Shown here: positions 11,075 through 23,144 of the stretch, piece after piece
Position numbering within the stretch: the first letter of the stretch is position 1
Layout of the letters: each line of letters opens with the position of its first letter
Source: Lingula anatina
Taxonomy: Eukaryota; Animalia; Brachiopoda
Assembly: GCA_051362555.1 (NCBI GenBank)
Contig: CM120642.1
Span: 11,098,001 to 11,162,000 of the forward strand
DNA length: 64,000 nt
Direction of reading: 5' to 3'
Notes under the pieces: generated by a model
Database searches by the model: none
Told to the model about the DNA's origin: nothing
The model's input: only the letters and a program-made list of their open reading frames with translations
Program-made: the position numbers and the translations under genes

Positions 11075-14000
11075 ATGCCACGGCTACTATGCACTGGCAG
11101 GCTTCGCATTAAAGATGGGAATGTCTGGCTTGAGCGATGGTTTGAACTTGAACCTTGTAAACTGAAATACTATAGACATCAGAGGTGAGTAGGCTCTTTC
11201 TCTCTCTTTCTCTCTTTTTGGTTGAAAGGTGAGAAAATGCTATTTTTCTCGCCTTTCAACCAAAAAGAGAGAAAGAGAGAGACTTTTCAGACTTGCCCTG
11301 CAGGGTGAAAGCCTGAAAACAGTTTGTCTAGCCGTGGTGTGTAAATATTTTGAGAAAATTCCAAGGTGAGTTCTATTTGCCATAAATATAGTATTTCAAC
11401 TTGTATCTTATGATGTGTGTCTTGCTGACACTTGAATCGCTCTGGCATATACTGTCAGCCCGGGAGCCACCGGCTCATTTGACGGTTAATTTGGAAAATA
11501 TTAGATTTGGCCTCGTTTTCAAAACGTGGAGTGGTAGCCCAAAGAAAATTTGGCGGGAGACGAAGGCATAGAGACAGGTAAGTTGTACATGTGTTTGTGC
11601 AATGAACAGTTGATTTAAATACTAATGAATTTGACAGGACAATACAGTATATGCTTAAGTTACATTTTATACACCGAAGAAGTGTTCGTGTATCGATTTC
11701 ACTGAGTATTCTCTAAAGTTACTGGCGTATAGCAAAATGGCCGCACACAAAACGTCATTGTAAGCATTGACTTTTGAACTGTGCCAAATGCAGCTTAAGG
11801 GTTTTTTTCTTTATCTGTTCCTGTTTTTTCATAGTTTGGCAATATTTTTTGAACATATAAAATTTTTAAGATGTGCGATGGCCTGTTATTTGTAGAATTT
11901 CAACATTTCCAACAAGCTGTATATTCACCGTGCCGGGTACCTATCATTTAGTTGATCGGGTGATGGCAGTGGCGTTCTGGTCTCATGTATGGAATGATTG
12001 TCACCGTATAAGTGAAATGTTTGAATCTTGGCTTTTCATGCAATTTCTTCGTGTTTTAATGTGAAAAAGATGAAGTGGATTGCAAAATGACATTGTCATC
12101 CAACCTGCATACACGTATACGTATGTACATATGGTGGTGTACCGGTACTTAATTGTTTGCAAAGCGGTGGGAAGGGGGGGGTGCATTGGTACCAGTAGTT
12201 GTGAAAGATTCAGTATTGTACACTAACCATAGGCATGTTTAAAAAGATATGAATCTTAAATTATGTCTTTAAACATGTTTTCTTTTTTGCTTGGGGCGGG
12301 GGGTTAAATATATATTGTGTTAATTTTTTAGAAAAAAAAAACATGTAAACACAAAATAAGTTTTATTGCATTGGTTGGGGGTTTTGAGGAGAAAAATGTC
12401 ATAAAAATGCAAGTTTAAAAAAGGTGAATAATATATGTATGTGTGTATGTACATTAAATGAAACATGCTCTTCAATGATGAGGGCATATGATAGTGATGT
12501 GGTGCTCTGAATTGCATGTGTTTTCTAATATTTTCATGCCTTGATTCAGATTGGGTTTTTAATTGATGATGGGTGTGCAACTTTGCCCAAAGTTCAGTTT
12601 CAAATGATTTTTATTTATAATTACTGTTATGAATTAAGTATAAATAGCGCAGTTTAAGGTAAAGATTGATTGTAAATATAGTGCTGTTTAAGATTGACTG
12701 TTACAGTTTACCTATTACAAAGATTGCAATAAATTATTATTAATTTCAGTGTGTATATGTGTGAGCAATTGATAAATGTAGTTAGAATTTTTTTAATGAC
12801 ATTCTATTGAAAACTCTATTATTTTTTCTAGGCTTGAATAGTATGAATGGGACCAGGATTATTCCTTTTGCTGTGCCTTGACCTGCAATTATCATAACAA
12901 AAGCACCCATCATTTCCAAATGCTGTGTGGCAATGAACACCCCTGGGATACTTCTAAGGGATGCAAAAATATATTTTTGAGCTGTGCTGTTGCTTATATT
13001 AATAGTTATTGGTTATCAGTATATAGAAATGCAGTTTGTGAAATCATTTTAGGTTTTAACCACATGAAGTTAGTTAAAAGTGTATGTGCAACTAAGTTAA
13101 CAATACATTGTTTTATTTTTACTGTGCAGGTTTTTTTATATATGTGTAGCTTATAGATAATATCTACTTATCAGAATACATGTAAAACAAGTTTATTCAA
13201 ATGCAAATATGGATTGGTACCTGGTATCAGTGAAAGAAAATTAATTTGACAACTTTGGGAAAATTTTTAAATGTTTCTCAAAAAATCTTCAATTAGGCCA
13301 TTTTCTTACAGAGTGGAGAACCTGGGATTCCATTTTTGACTAGTTTCTCCACTTATAAATTTACTTTACTTTTTCACTAATTTCTTCTATGTAAAATGTA
13401 AAATGTTTGTATCTTGTTATGTGCAGCATCACTTGTAATATACTGTTTTGTACGTAGTCCGGCTATCTACATATATTTCATGTTTACTTAATATATAATG
13501 AATGTCTTGTGTGTGTTATTGTGTGTGTGTGTTTGTGTGTGTGTCTACATATGTATTTTTGTTTGTCTTTTTGTGAATAAAAAAAAAAAAAAAAACTTTG
13601 GGAAAATTTATGAAATTATATTATTTGTAAAAATTGAACTGGTCCACTTTGTAAAGGGGAATTGTGTGTTAGATGGTTAAATATATATAAATGTGTACCA
13701 ATCAAATAAGGTAGCATTAAATTATCACCTACTGGTTAAATATTTCAGACTAGTTGAATTTTATGTAAAATTAAAAAAACAATGTGATTAAATGTAAATT
13801 GTCTTTCATTTGTTATTTTTCATATTTAATGAAAGGAATACCCTCATCAGTTGGCCTCATGTAATAAAAAGGTTTATTTACAATGAAAAAGAATGTTAAA
13901 ATCCATTTGTATTAGCACCGTGGTAAGTGCCAAGAAAAAAATTATTTTCATTGTCCCCAATACTCAGTTGCTCTATATAAGTAATACTGTGTGAAGAAGA

Positions 14001-16108
14001 AACTAAAACGAGACTGAAGCTCATGAGAAAGCACTAAGTCAAAGCGAGGCTTATATGCGGATATCGTAAGTGAGTGTTTTCAGGCTGACATGGCCGTGAA
14101 TTGATTTGTGCCATTCACAGCTTAAGGCAAAGTTACATTGACAGAAAGCTGAATAAATTTGCTACAAATTACTGGTAATTAAAAGTTGTGCGGAGGCCTC
14201 TATAGATACAAAGATCACAGTTAAAGATGAACTTCCGTTATAGCTTTCGTAAATTTTCGATTTCAAACTATTTTTTTAACATTAAATAGGCTCTAGATCA
14301 ACTCGTGGTGCATCTCACATTATTCGAAATTTATTTCTCAATATGTCAATGTACGTAATGTGTCCCTGAATACGTTCATAGCCGAGATATTGCATCGTTT
14401 CTGACACCCTATAAATTTCTAAAATTTTAGCCGATTCAAAAGTGTAAGACTTCCGGATTGTTTAAAAGCCACCTAGCGGCAGACCGGTGGCTCCCGGGCT
14501 ATGGGTGACAGTGCATTTATTAATCACCTCTACTAGTAATTACTTTAAAAATACAGAGGGCAAAATGAGAATGATGCACCCGAAGACATAATAGAAATCA
14601 CGAATGCCAGGGTCAAGGGGACAGAAGACCAAAATCTACAGAGATTTGAAGTAACTGCTGGAGGAGTGACATATGAACTGGAGGCGGATTCGGCAGAAGA
14701 GAGAGGGCTCTGGGTGGAAGCCTTACAACAGGCCATAGGTATGTTCTCATTTTAAAAGGGATTATATACATGTAGCACCAAAACCCAATATACCAGTAGA
14801 GGTCAAAGGCATGCTCTCAAAAATATTCAATGCACAGATTACAAACTACGATTATTTTAGGGTCCCACATGAAGAAGTTTGTATCAAAGTTTCACTCTCC
14901 TAGAACCACGAATTATTAAAAAAAAAAAAAACGCATCGTCTTACCCAAAAAAGGAACATACGTTACTGTCACAATTGCAAAACGTCTAGCTGTGGTAACT
15001 TTTTACTCACTTCGAAAATTCAGTCATCACTGGTTTTGTTCTTTAATTTATCTCCTAAAAGTGTAACGTCCTCACCTCAACATTATAATAATCTTCTTTA
15101 TAGAGCAGTTAATTAGCTTTATATTTACTGAGTGGCTTTGTTTAGCTTTGTTTGGTAAAGAGGCAGGTCACTTTCGAAATTCGGCATGATCGGTTTACAT
15201 GAACGGTAATTTCTTCTTTTTTTCCGAAATTTCTATGACGTTAGCCCCAGAACCGCCAGACTGTATTTTTGTTTTACTTTAAATTTACTGAGTGGCTTTG
15301 TTAGGTAAAGAGGCAAGTTGCTTTCAAAAATCGCCATGATGATTAAAATTGCTTTTTAACTATTTTAGTGACATTCGCCCCATAACTTCAATACCGCATT
15401 TTTGTTTTACTTTACTGAGTGGCTTTGTTTAGTACAAAAGCAGGTTGCTTTCAAAATCAGCATGACCGGTTTACATTTACGGTAATTATTCTGGTTTCTG
15501 TTAAGTGTATATTTGTCAGCTTTGCTGTCTAGTGAACCACATTTGTGTCCGCAAAAGCTTCATTTTAACCTATGAGCTGATTCAATGTAAAGCTAACAAG
15601 CACTCAGGCTTTACCTGCAACATGACGGCTAAATTCTAAAATTTATGAATTAACTCAATTCTTATTATTTATTGCTTATCTGATTAATTAGCTAAATTGT
15701 TTTTATTATAATTGACCTCTTATTTGATTATTCATAAATTAATGTTTTATTCATTACAAATTTTAAATGATTCATGAATCTTTCTTCTCAGGTCCACGAC
15801 GTAGTTCAAGTACCCCCCTGATAGTCGGAGGTATCATCGGCGCGGTAGGAGCTGTTCCTTTAGCCCCAGTCGCTCTAACAGTCGTGGGATTTACCAGCGG
15901 CGTATTCGTGGACGCCCCAATGATGAACAGTGCAGCGATTGCAAATGGCGGAGGCGTGGCGGCGGGCAGTCTCGTGGCGTTGCTTCAGTCGGCAGGTGCA
16001 GCTGGACTTGGGACGGCAGCAACCGCAGCTGTTGCGACTGTCGGAGGAGCAGCTGGAGCCGCAGTCGCAGGAGTGGGACAAAAAATCACACAGTTGTTTA
16101 GGAATTAA
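11075..16108 (+). CDS. PH-domain-IFI27/ISG12 fusion protein, copy 2 (type B), 202 aa
   Basis: Exons 11075-11184 ([36 protein letters not shown]), 14557-14738 ([19 protein letters not shown]...[31 protein letters not shown]) and 15792-16108 (ISG12 domain). GT-AG sites, phases 2 and 1, open throughout. Confidence 0.85.
11199..11282. repeat. Near-perfect inverted repeat (about 39-bp arms)
   Basis: TCTCTCTCTTTCTCTCTTTTTGGTTGAAAGGTGAGAAAA-TGCTAT-TTTTCTCGCCTTTCAACCAAAAAGAGAGAAAGAGAGAGA; one mismatch. Confidence 0.9.
11457..14500. mobile_element. About 3.0-kb TIR DNA transposon derivative in intron 1 of copy 2 (Academ-like termini, tentative)
   Basis: Perfect 17-bp TIR AGCCCGGGAGCCACCGG / CCGGTGGCTCCCGGGCT; the empty site is visible in copy 4 (GGCATATACCGTATGGGTGACAG, about 34825-34847). 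No intact ORF; TSD ambiguous. Confidence 0.75.
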
Positions 16109-17934
16109 AACTCTTGAGACCACTATTCAAATATAATTGTCGAAAGATGTTAACAGATATGTTTGACTTTCAAGAAGAAAAACAACTATATCCAAATCAA
16201 GACATTCACAGTTGTAGTCTACCCTCTACCAGGGTCACAGATTGACTTTCACTTTATTTTCACAGATATTCCTCTGGCTAATTCATGATACAGTTCTCAT
16301 TGCACATAAAGGTGCACAAAATAAGATAGAGAAATAATTATCTGTGAATATTTAATGGGAAATCAATAATGCTCCGGTAGAGGGTAACATTAGCCAACCT
16401 TTCCAAAGCAGTCATTCAAATCTAATTCACATAACATTTAAACAGTAATTATATTAATATAAAGGAATGGTAATTTACGAAAATGAATCAAATTTGGATT
16501 CAGCGTTTTTATTTTCAATTGTTACTTATCTTCGGTTGTAAGGAGTTAAGCCAGTTTTGATTGTTTGAATTCTTATAAATACGATTATAATTGAACTATT
16601 GTTCATTTCACTAAGTTAAATTTTACTTACATGTAGCAATCTCATAGCTCATTTTTAACGAAACGCGTATAAGAAAACCCCACAGCATAACACCTTATCT
16701 TAAAAATACGTAAATATTCCATTATGTGCAATTATTTGGTATTTTTGAGTACGAAAGTCGGCAGTAAAAGTGTCCTTACAATTACTTTTCTTATCTTTTG
16801 TGTGACTATAACTAGATGCTGTCCAATATCGATCTATTAACCTTGTGGTTGCTGTCGTTTTTAGGCCTACTTGGCTAATATTACAGGCTTGGCAAGCGAC
16901 AATGCATAGGCCTATATATCGCTGTAAGAGAGAGGCTGTTTCCCTGCCATCAAGACAGTTTGACCAATAACATATAATAAAAGGCACTCACTGTTTGAAA
17001 AACTTTTTTATTTGAGTGTCCGTTACACTCCCTCGTACACCCTCACACTAGTTAATATTATTTAAGTGGAATGTCCACCCCAGCAATTTTTAAATTTTAA
17101 TACCCCTCCTCTATTTTTAAGATATTGGCGTGGAGCAGGTCTGTGCTTGCTGAAACTAGTTCTCATTTTCTTTTGCATTATTAAGTAGCTTAAAGTTGTT
17201 TCCAGGAAAATGTAAAATCAGTACGTATAGCCTCCCTCTCAGTGTATTTTTAGCCCCTCTCTCTTTTTAGCTCCGGTGCGCTCACCGTACCGGGTATTGG
17301 GCTGAAATCATTGTATAAAATGATAAAATGTTTGCCATATTTCTTTAAAGAATTGGTGCGAAGGCATGGGGACTGTTAACATTTGGATGATGATAACAAA
17401 TGCATGTTTCTCAAAATAGAAAAATTATCTGAAACGGAGATGTCAAAGTGACCAGTCGCATTTCGATGTACTCCATGCTATGGTCTTTATTTGAAAATAG
17501 CACTTTTTACTAGATTACAAATTGCATCGTATTGTTTGGTTCTATTGCCTCGCTTTCAAAAATTAGAACAGGCGCTCCAAAACCGGGAGACGCAGTAAAA
17601 AAATATATTGGCTAAGTTCGCCCTCGCGCAAGAATGTCCTCGCAGCATTATCTGCAGTTAACATTCCTACGATTTTGAATGTATTTTGCAATATCATTTT
17701 CAATCTGGCCCATGAAGAATTTTATTAATCAAGAGTGGGGGAGGGGTGAAAAATCCCCACTGGGGCCACATGTTTATTTCGAACAGCGCACTTTTCGCGC
17801 ATGCGCAGTTGCTTGAAGCCTGTGATCCTTAACAGCATTTGACCTGTATTTAAAGGGCCATTGACTGTTTATGCCATCAACCTCGTCACTCAGCAGTTTG
17901 CCTCTTATCAGCTCGTACAGAGAACATATTAGCT

Positions 17935-18052
17935 ATGCCACAACTACCAAGCGCTGGCTGGCTTCGCATTAAAGTTGGAGATGTCTGGCGCGCGCGATGG
18001 TTTGAACTTGAACCGCGTCAACTAAAATACTATAGGCGGCAGAGGCAAGTTG

Positions 18053-18086
<34 letters not shown>

Positions 18087-21000
18087 CGCAAGCCGAGAAA
18101 ATGCTTGAGTTGGGGGGGGGGGGTAGGGCGTGCCCCCCTGCAGATCTTCATATATTCTACACAACTAGACTGTATAAGTTCAATAGAGACAAGGACTGTA
18201 AAGCACATATGTGCTTTACATAGTGTATATGATTGCCAGAGTGCGTTCTTCTTGCGTTTCTGATAATGGCGGACGCACCCGCGCGGCACGGTTGCTTAGA
18301 GTGCATTCCCAGAGATTAAGATCGATCCATCCGGATCGACCTAACTCCCTGGGGGTTCACGCTAAATTGCAGTCAGCCGAGCGCGCAAGACAGTTAATTA
18401 CTCCCTTACAGCTTTTAGTAGGCGGGACAGACGCTTAAGCCGGCTAAGCTGACAGTAATCTGGTGAGAATCCCCACAGGGATAGATAGATCGATCTAAAA
18501 TCATAGGAAATGGGGTCTAATAGACCAAGAAGTTATAGAGGCAACTTTTTGCTGTGGACTATCTCTGGATGTGACGTCATTCCGACTGTGAGAATTAAAA
18601 GAAATATATATTTAAAAAATCTATAACACGGTAGTGTTACAAATTTTAGTAAGATTTTAATTTAAGTTTTAAAAACATTTAAAATTCATTAGTTACAATA
18701 AGATTGCAAAAACAACATAAGTCTCATTAGACGTTCAAGCACGTACCAAACATAATAACCTTCCGATCTCAGGCCAGCGAATGAGTGCCGTAATTAATGA
18801 CCTCTAGTGGTCGGCAAACGCGTCAATTAAATTGCAAGCAGAGGACAGAGCAACAGCAGATATATATAGAAAGATTTAATTGATTATCTCTTGGTGTCAT
18901 GTATTAGTATTTAATAAGCACTTCGCTAGTTCAGGAAAATGACCAGTTCGGGTTCGGTCAAAATTAAATATTAAGAATCAAAGAACCGGGCAAATCACAC
19001 TATTTAAATCGAAGGTCTAGAATCAGTATTTCCAATAATTAAGTAAATGTTGAATCAAAAATGTCCATCCTTGACGTGAGATGTGAACCACCTGTCGCCC
19101 TAATTTTGTTATAAAAATGCAGCATTCTGCCGCATTCGGTGTGTTCGGCGAGTCGGGAAAATAACAGCGTACCCAAGCCGTTGGAAGGAGACATTGAGGG
19201 AGAGACATTGTGGTCACATCTTTTTTAACTTGATGTAGTCCGTGTGCGCACAATAAAATTTCTTTTAGAGGGAAAAGAGAGTTGTTCATAACTCTACAGT
19301 GACGCGCTTTTATCACACGTAGAAGCCCCCATCACAGTAAATTAGATATTATGCCACAGAAATATTCCAGCTTCTTGACTCAGCGTTTTCCTACAAAGTG
19401 CGTCCTTTACTGTTTGTTGTGGAGATAAGTTCAACTGAATTCAAGAGTAGATTACACCATTCAAATATAAAATAAAAGCAGTACAAATACTTATGTGGAA
19501 CCTTTATAATGATTGAAATCATGTATGATTCTACTATATTCTACTATATTTCAAACTGGTGAGCCGTAGGGCTCAATGGTTTAATAAATTGAAATTGAAT
19601 TGAAATTAACAAGTGTGTGAATATTATAAGAAAATTCCAAGGAATTTGCCATTTGCCAATGGTATAAAATTTAAACTTGTATCTTATGCCTTGAACACCT
19701 CTTCCTGACACTCAAGATGTTCCATGTAACGAAACCGAGGGTCCGTGTAACAGAAAGTCCGCCCTCCATATAGCATAATGGTTAGGTTTAGTCTGACCCA
19801 AGTGGATTAAAATCTAGGGCGAGGCTCACCACTACAAATGAATAGGAAGCGGACTCCCTCTGTTATGGGGGACCCTGTCACGTTACACCGGCATATATCG
19901 TTTTGGTGACAGTGCATTTTATTAATTAATTCACATATTTCTAACTATTTCAAAATTACAGAGGTCAAAATGAGAATGATGCACCCGAAGCCATAATAGA
20001 CATCACGAATGCCAGGGTCCAGGGGACAGAAGACCAAAATCTTCATAGATTTGAAGTAACTGCTGAAGAAGTGACATATGAACTGGAGGCGGATTCGGCA
20101 GAAGAGAGAGGGCTGTGGGTGGAAGCCTTAAAACAGGCCATAGGTATATTATCAGTATAAATGGGGTTATATACACGTAGCTGCAGTGCCACTGCAGAAA
20201 GATAAGTATCACTTCGTCTTCTAGACGTAATGAACACAATTAATATGAGTACATGTACGATTGGAATTTGAAAAGGATCTTTACAATAGTTAACGCTCAT
20301 GCAGTGGGGACACAGGATTTATTTCATACCCGACCCTCCTCACGTCGAGCCATTTTTTATAGAATCTTTTGTTTTAAAACTATCTTTCATACGGAGGGTT
20401 ACATAAGGGTGTAATTTTTGATGATTCTGAAAATAATGAGTCTCCTAATATTTCTGAAGATTTCTGAAGATAAAAAAAAAATGAATTGAAAAAAGCAGAT
20501 ATATTGGATGTACAATTTCAGTGTCATTTCCATGAACACAATTGATTATCAATTGAAGTCTTACATGTTTTGAATTGTACAGTTACATGGAATACTCAAT
20601 ACGCATAATCCTATAAATCCATTTTCATTTCCTCAACTGCACAAATCATTGAGCTGTTGTGCTACTTTATCACAACATTAATTATGATCTGGAAATGCTC
20701 TCAGTATAGCGTAAAAACCAAACACCACATATCTGAGAGCTGTGTACTTACAACTCTTCTCTGTGGTTCAGAATACTGGTGCATAACAAAAAAGATCTCA
20801 GGAAGCTATCTACCATTCACACCTCAAGCCTCAGAAAAATCATAGAAATATATTGGCCAAGGACTATATCAAACGAAGATCTGTTAAAACAAGATAACCA
20901 AAGAACCATGAGCTGATTCAATGTAAAACTAAAAAGCACTCAAAGAGCCCAAACCTCTGAAAATATGGCTCAATTCTCAAATTTATGAATTAACTCAATT

Positions 21001-21437
21001 GTTCTTATTTATTGCTTAACTCATTGATTAGCCAAATTATTATAAAATACATTTTTGATTATTAATTAATATTTTTTTTATTTCATTACAAATTTTAAAT
21101 GATTCATGAATCTTTCTTTTCAGGTCCACGACGTAGTTCAGGAATCGCGATGATAGTCGGAGGTGTCATCGGCGCGATAGGGGCTGTTGCTTTAGCCCCA
21201 GTCGCTCTAACAGTCGTGGGATTTACCAGCGGCGGGATAGCCGCCGGATCCATGGCCGCCTCAATGATGAGCAGTGCAGCGATTGCAAATGGCGGAGGTG
21301 TGGCGGCGGGCAGTCTCGTGGCGTTGCTTCAGTCGGCAGGTGCAGCTGGACTTGGAACGGCAACAACCGGAGCTGTTGCGACTGTCGGAGGAGCAGCTGG
21401 AGCCGCAGTCGTTGGAGTCGGACAAAAAACTGTTTAG
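17935..21437 (+). CDS. PH-domain-IFI27/ISG12 fusion protein, copy 3 (type A), 201 aa
   Basis: Exons 17935-18044 (GC donor AG|GCAAGT), 19962-20143 and 21124-21437. Frame open, with the PH C-terminal helix [16 protein letters not shown] and an intact ISG12 motif. Confidence 0.85.
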
Positions 21438-22777
21438 GTATTAAAACTCTTTGAGGCCACTATTCAAATATAATTGTCGTAAGGTGTTAACAGATATGTT
21501 TGACTTTCAAGGTGAAAAACAACTATATCCAAATCAAGACAATCACAGTTGTAGTCTACCCTCTGCCAGGGTCACAGATTGACTTTCACATTATTTTCAC
21601 AGATATTCCTCTGGCTAATTCATGACACAGTTCTTATTGCACAGAACGGTGCATATAATAAGATAGATAAATAATTATCTTTGAATATTTAATGGAAAAT
21701 CAATAATGCCCCGGTAGAGGGTAACATTAGCCAACCTTTCCAAAGCAGTCATTCAAAACTAATTCACATAACATTTAAACAGTAACTATATTAATATAAA
21801 GGAATAGTAATTTACGAAAATGAATTAAATTTGGATTCAGCGATTTTTCAATCGTTACTTATTGGTTTCTTATGTTGTAAGGAGTTAAGCCAGTTTTGGT
21901 TGTTTAAATTCTAATAAAAACGATTAAAATTGAACTATTGCTTGTTTCACTAAGTTGAATTTTACTCGGCAATCTTATAGCCCATTTTTATCGTTGAAAA
22001 AAAAACTGTCCGTGTTAAAGAAGGTGCAGAAATCGTTTCTTCCTTCTTTCCAAAGAGTTCTAAAATAACTCATAAACAAAATTTAACAAAGATACCCTTA
22101 CGGTGTCTTTTTCTGGATTGAAAGCCACTTTTTGAAAGTCAAGGGCTCTTTCTTTGCGCAAAATCAACAGCATGACTTTAAATGGACAAAGAGGCCAAAC
22201 AAAACCAAAGGCTTCTGTTTTGACACGCCAACTAGGGTCGGGCAGAAGCACAGCATTACATGGAGAACGTGCTATGCTGTCCCGCAATGGTGTGAACATA
22301 CCGTATGTTAACAGGTGCCATATGTAGGTTTGGTATCGTGGGTGGTAAGCTGTTGATTATGTTTACCATCGGTTCGTTGGTGGTCATAAAACAGTTCCGT
22401 TTTATTATAAAACCTAAAATGCAAGTCAAATAGATATAAGGCTATTCGCACATACGTGGTACACTAAACAAAGAAAATGACTATGACATAATGTAACGTG
22501 GTGTAAAATTATTTCTTTAAAGAAATATAATTCTTTAAAGCAAATAAATCTAAGATAATTTATAAACAGTCCTGACCCCCCTTCGGTTTCTGAAAAATAC
22601 ATCACACCAATATTCCCCTCCTGAAATTAGAACTTTGACTAGTTGGATCATAGTTCTAAATATCGTACCAAATGGACCATTCGCCTTCTAAAAGACCCCC
22701 CCCCCTCCCCGTTATTGTTTACTTTGAGCCACTAGTAAGTGGACCCCCCCTCCTTCAAATAATCCTGGATCCGCTCC

Positions 22778-23050
22778 TGAACATTGAATGAAAAATTATT
22801 GCATACAAATGAAACAACATTGAATGAAAATTTGAAACAACACTGAATGAAAAAAAAAAAAGAATATTGAATGAAAATTTGAAATATCATCTAATGAAAA
22901 AAAAAATAATGCATAAAAAAATGAAACAACATTGAATGAAAAATACTGCAAGAAATATGAAACAACATTGAATGGAAAAAAGAAAAGACTAATGTGAAAC
23001 ATTGAAAAACAAAAATTTAAATTGAATGAAAAATATATTTATTGAATTTG
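22778..23050. repeat. TGAATGAAAA minisatellite (paralog of 10296-10810)
   Basis: Same units, fewer copies. Confidence 0.8.
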
Positions 23051-23144
23051 CAACACGTCATGCCATTAGCGTTATTACCGATGACCTCTTTTTATACGAC
23101 CTTCACAGTAAACGCAACGCACGCGCTATGTATTGGATTTATAC

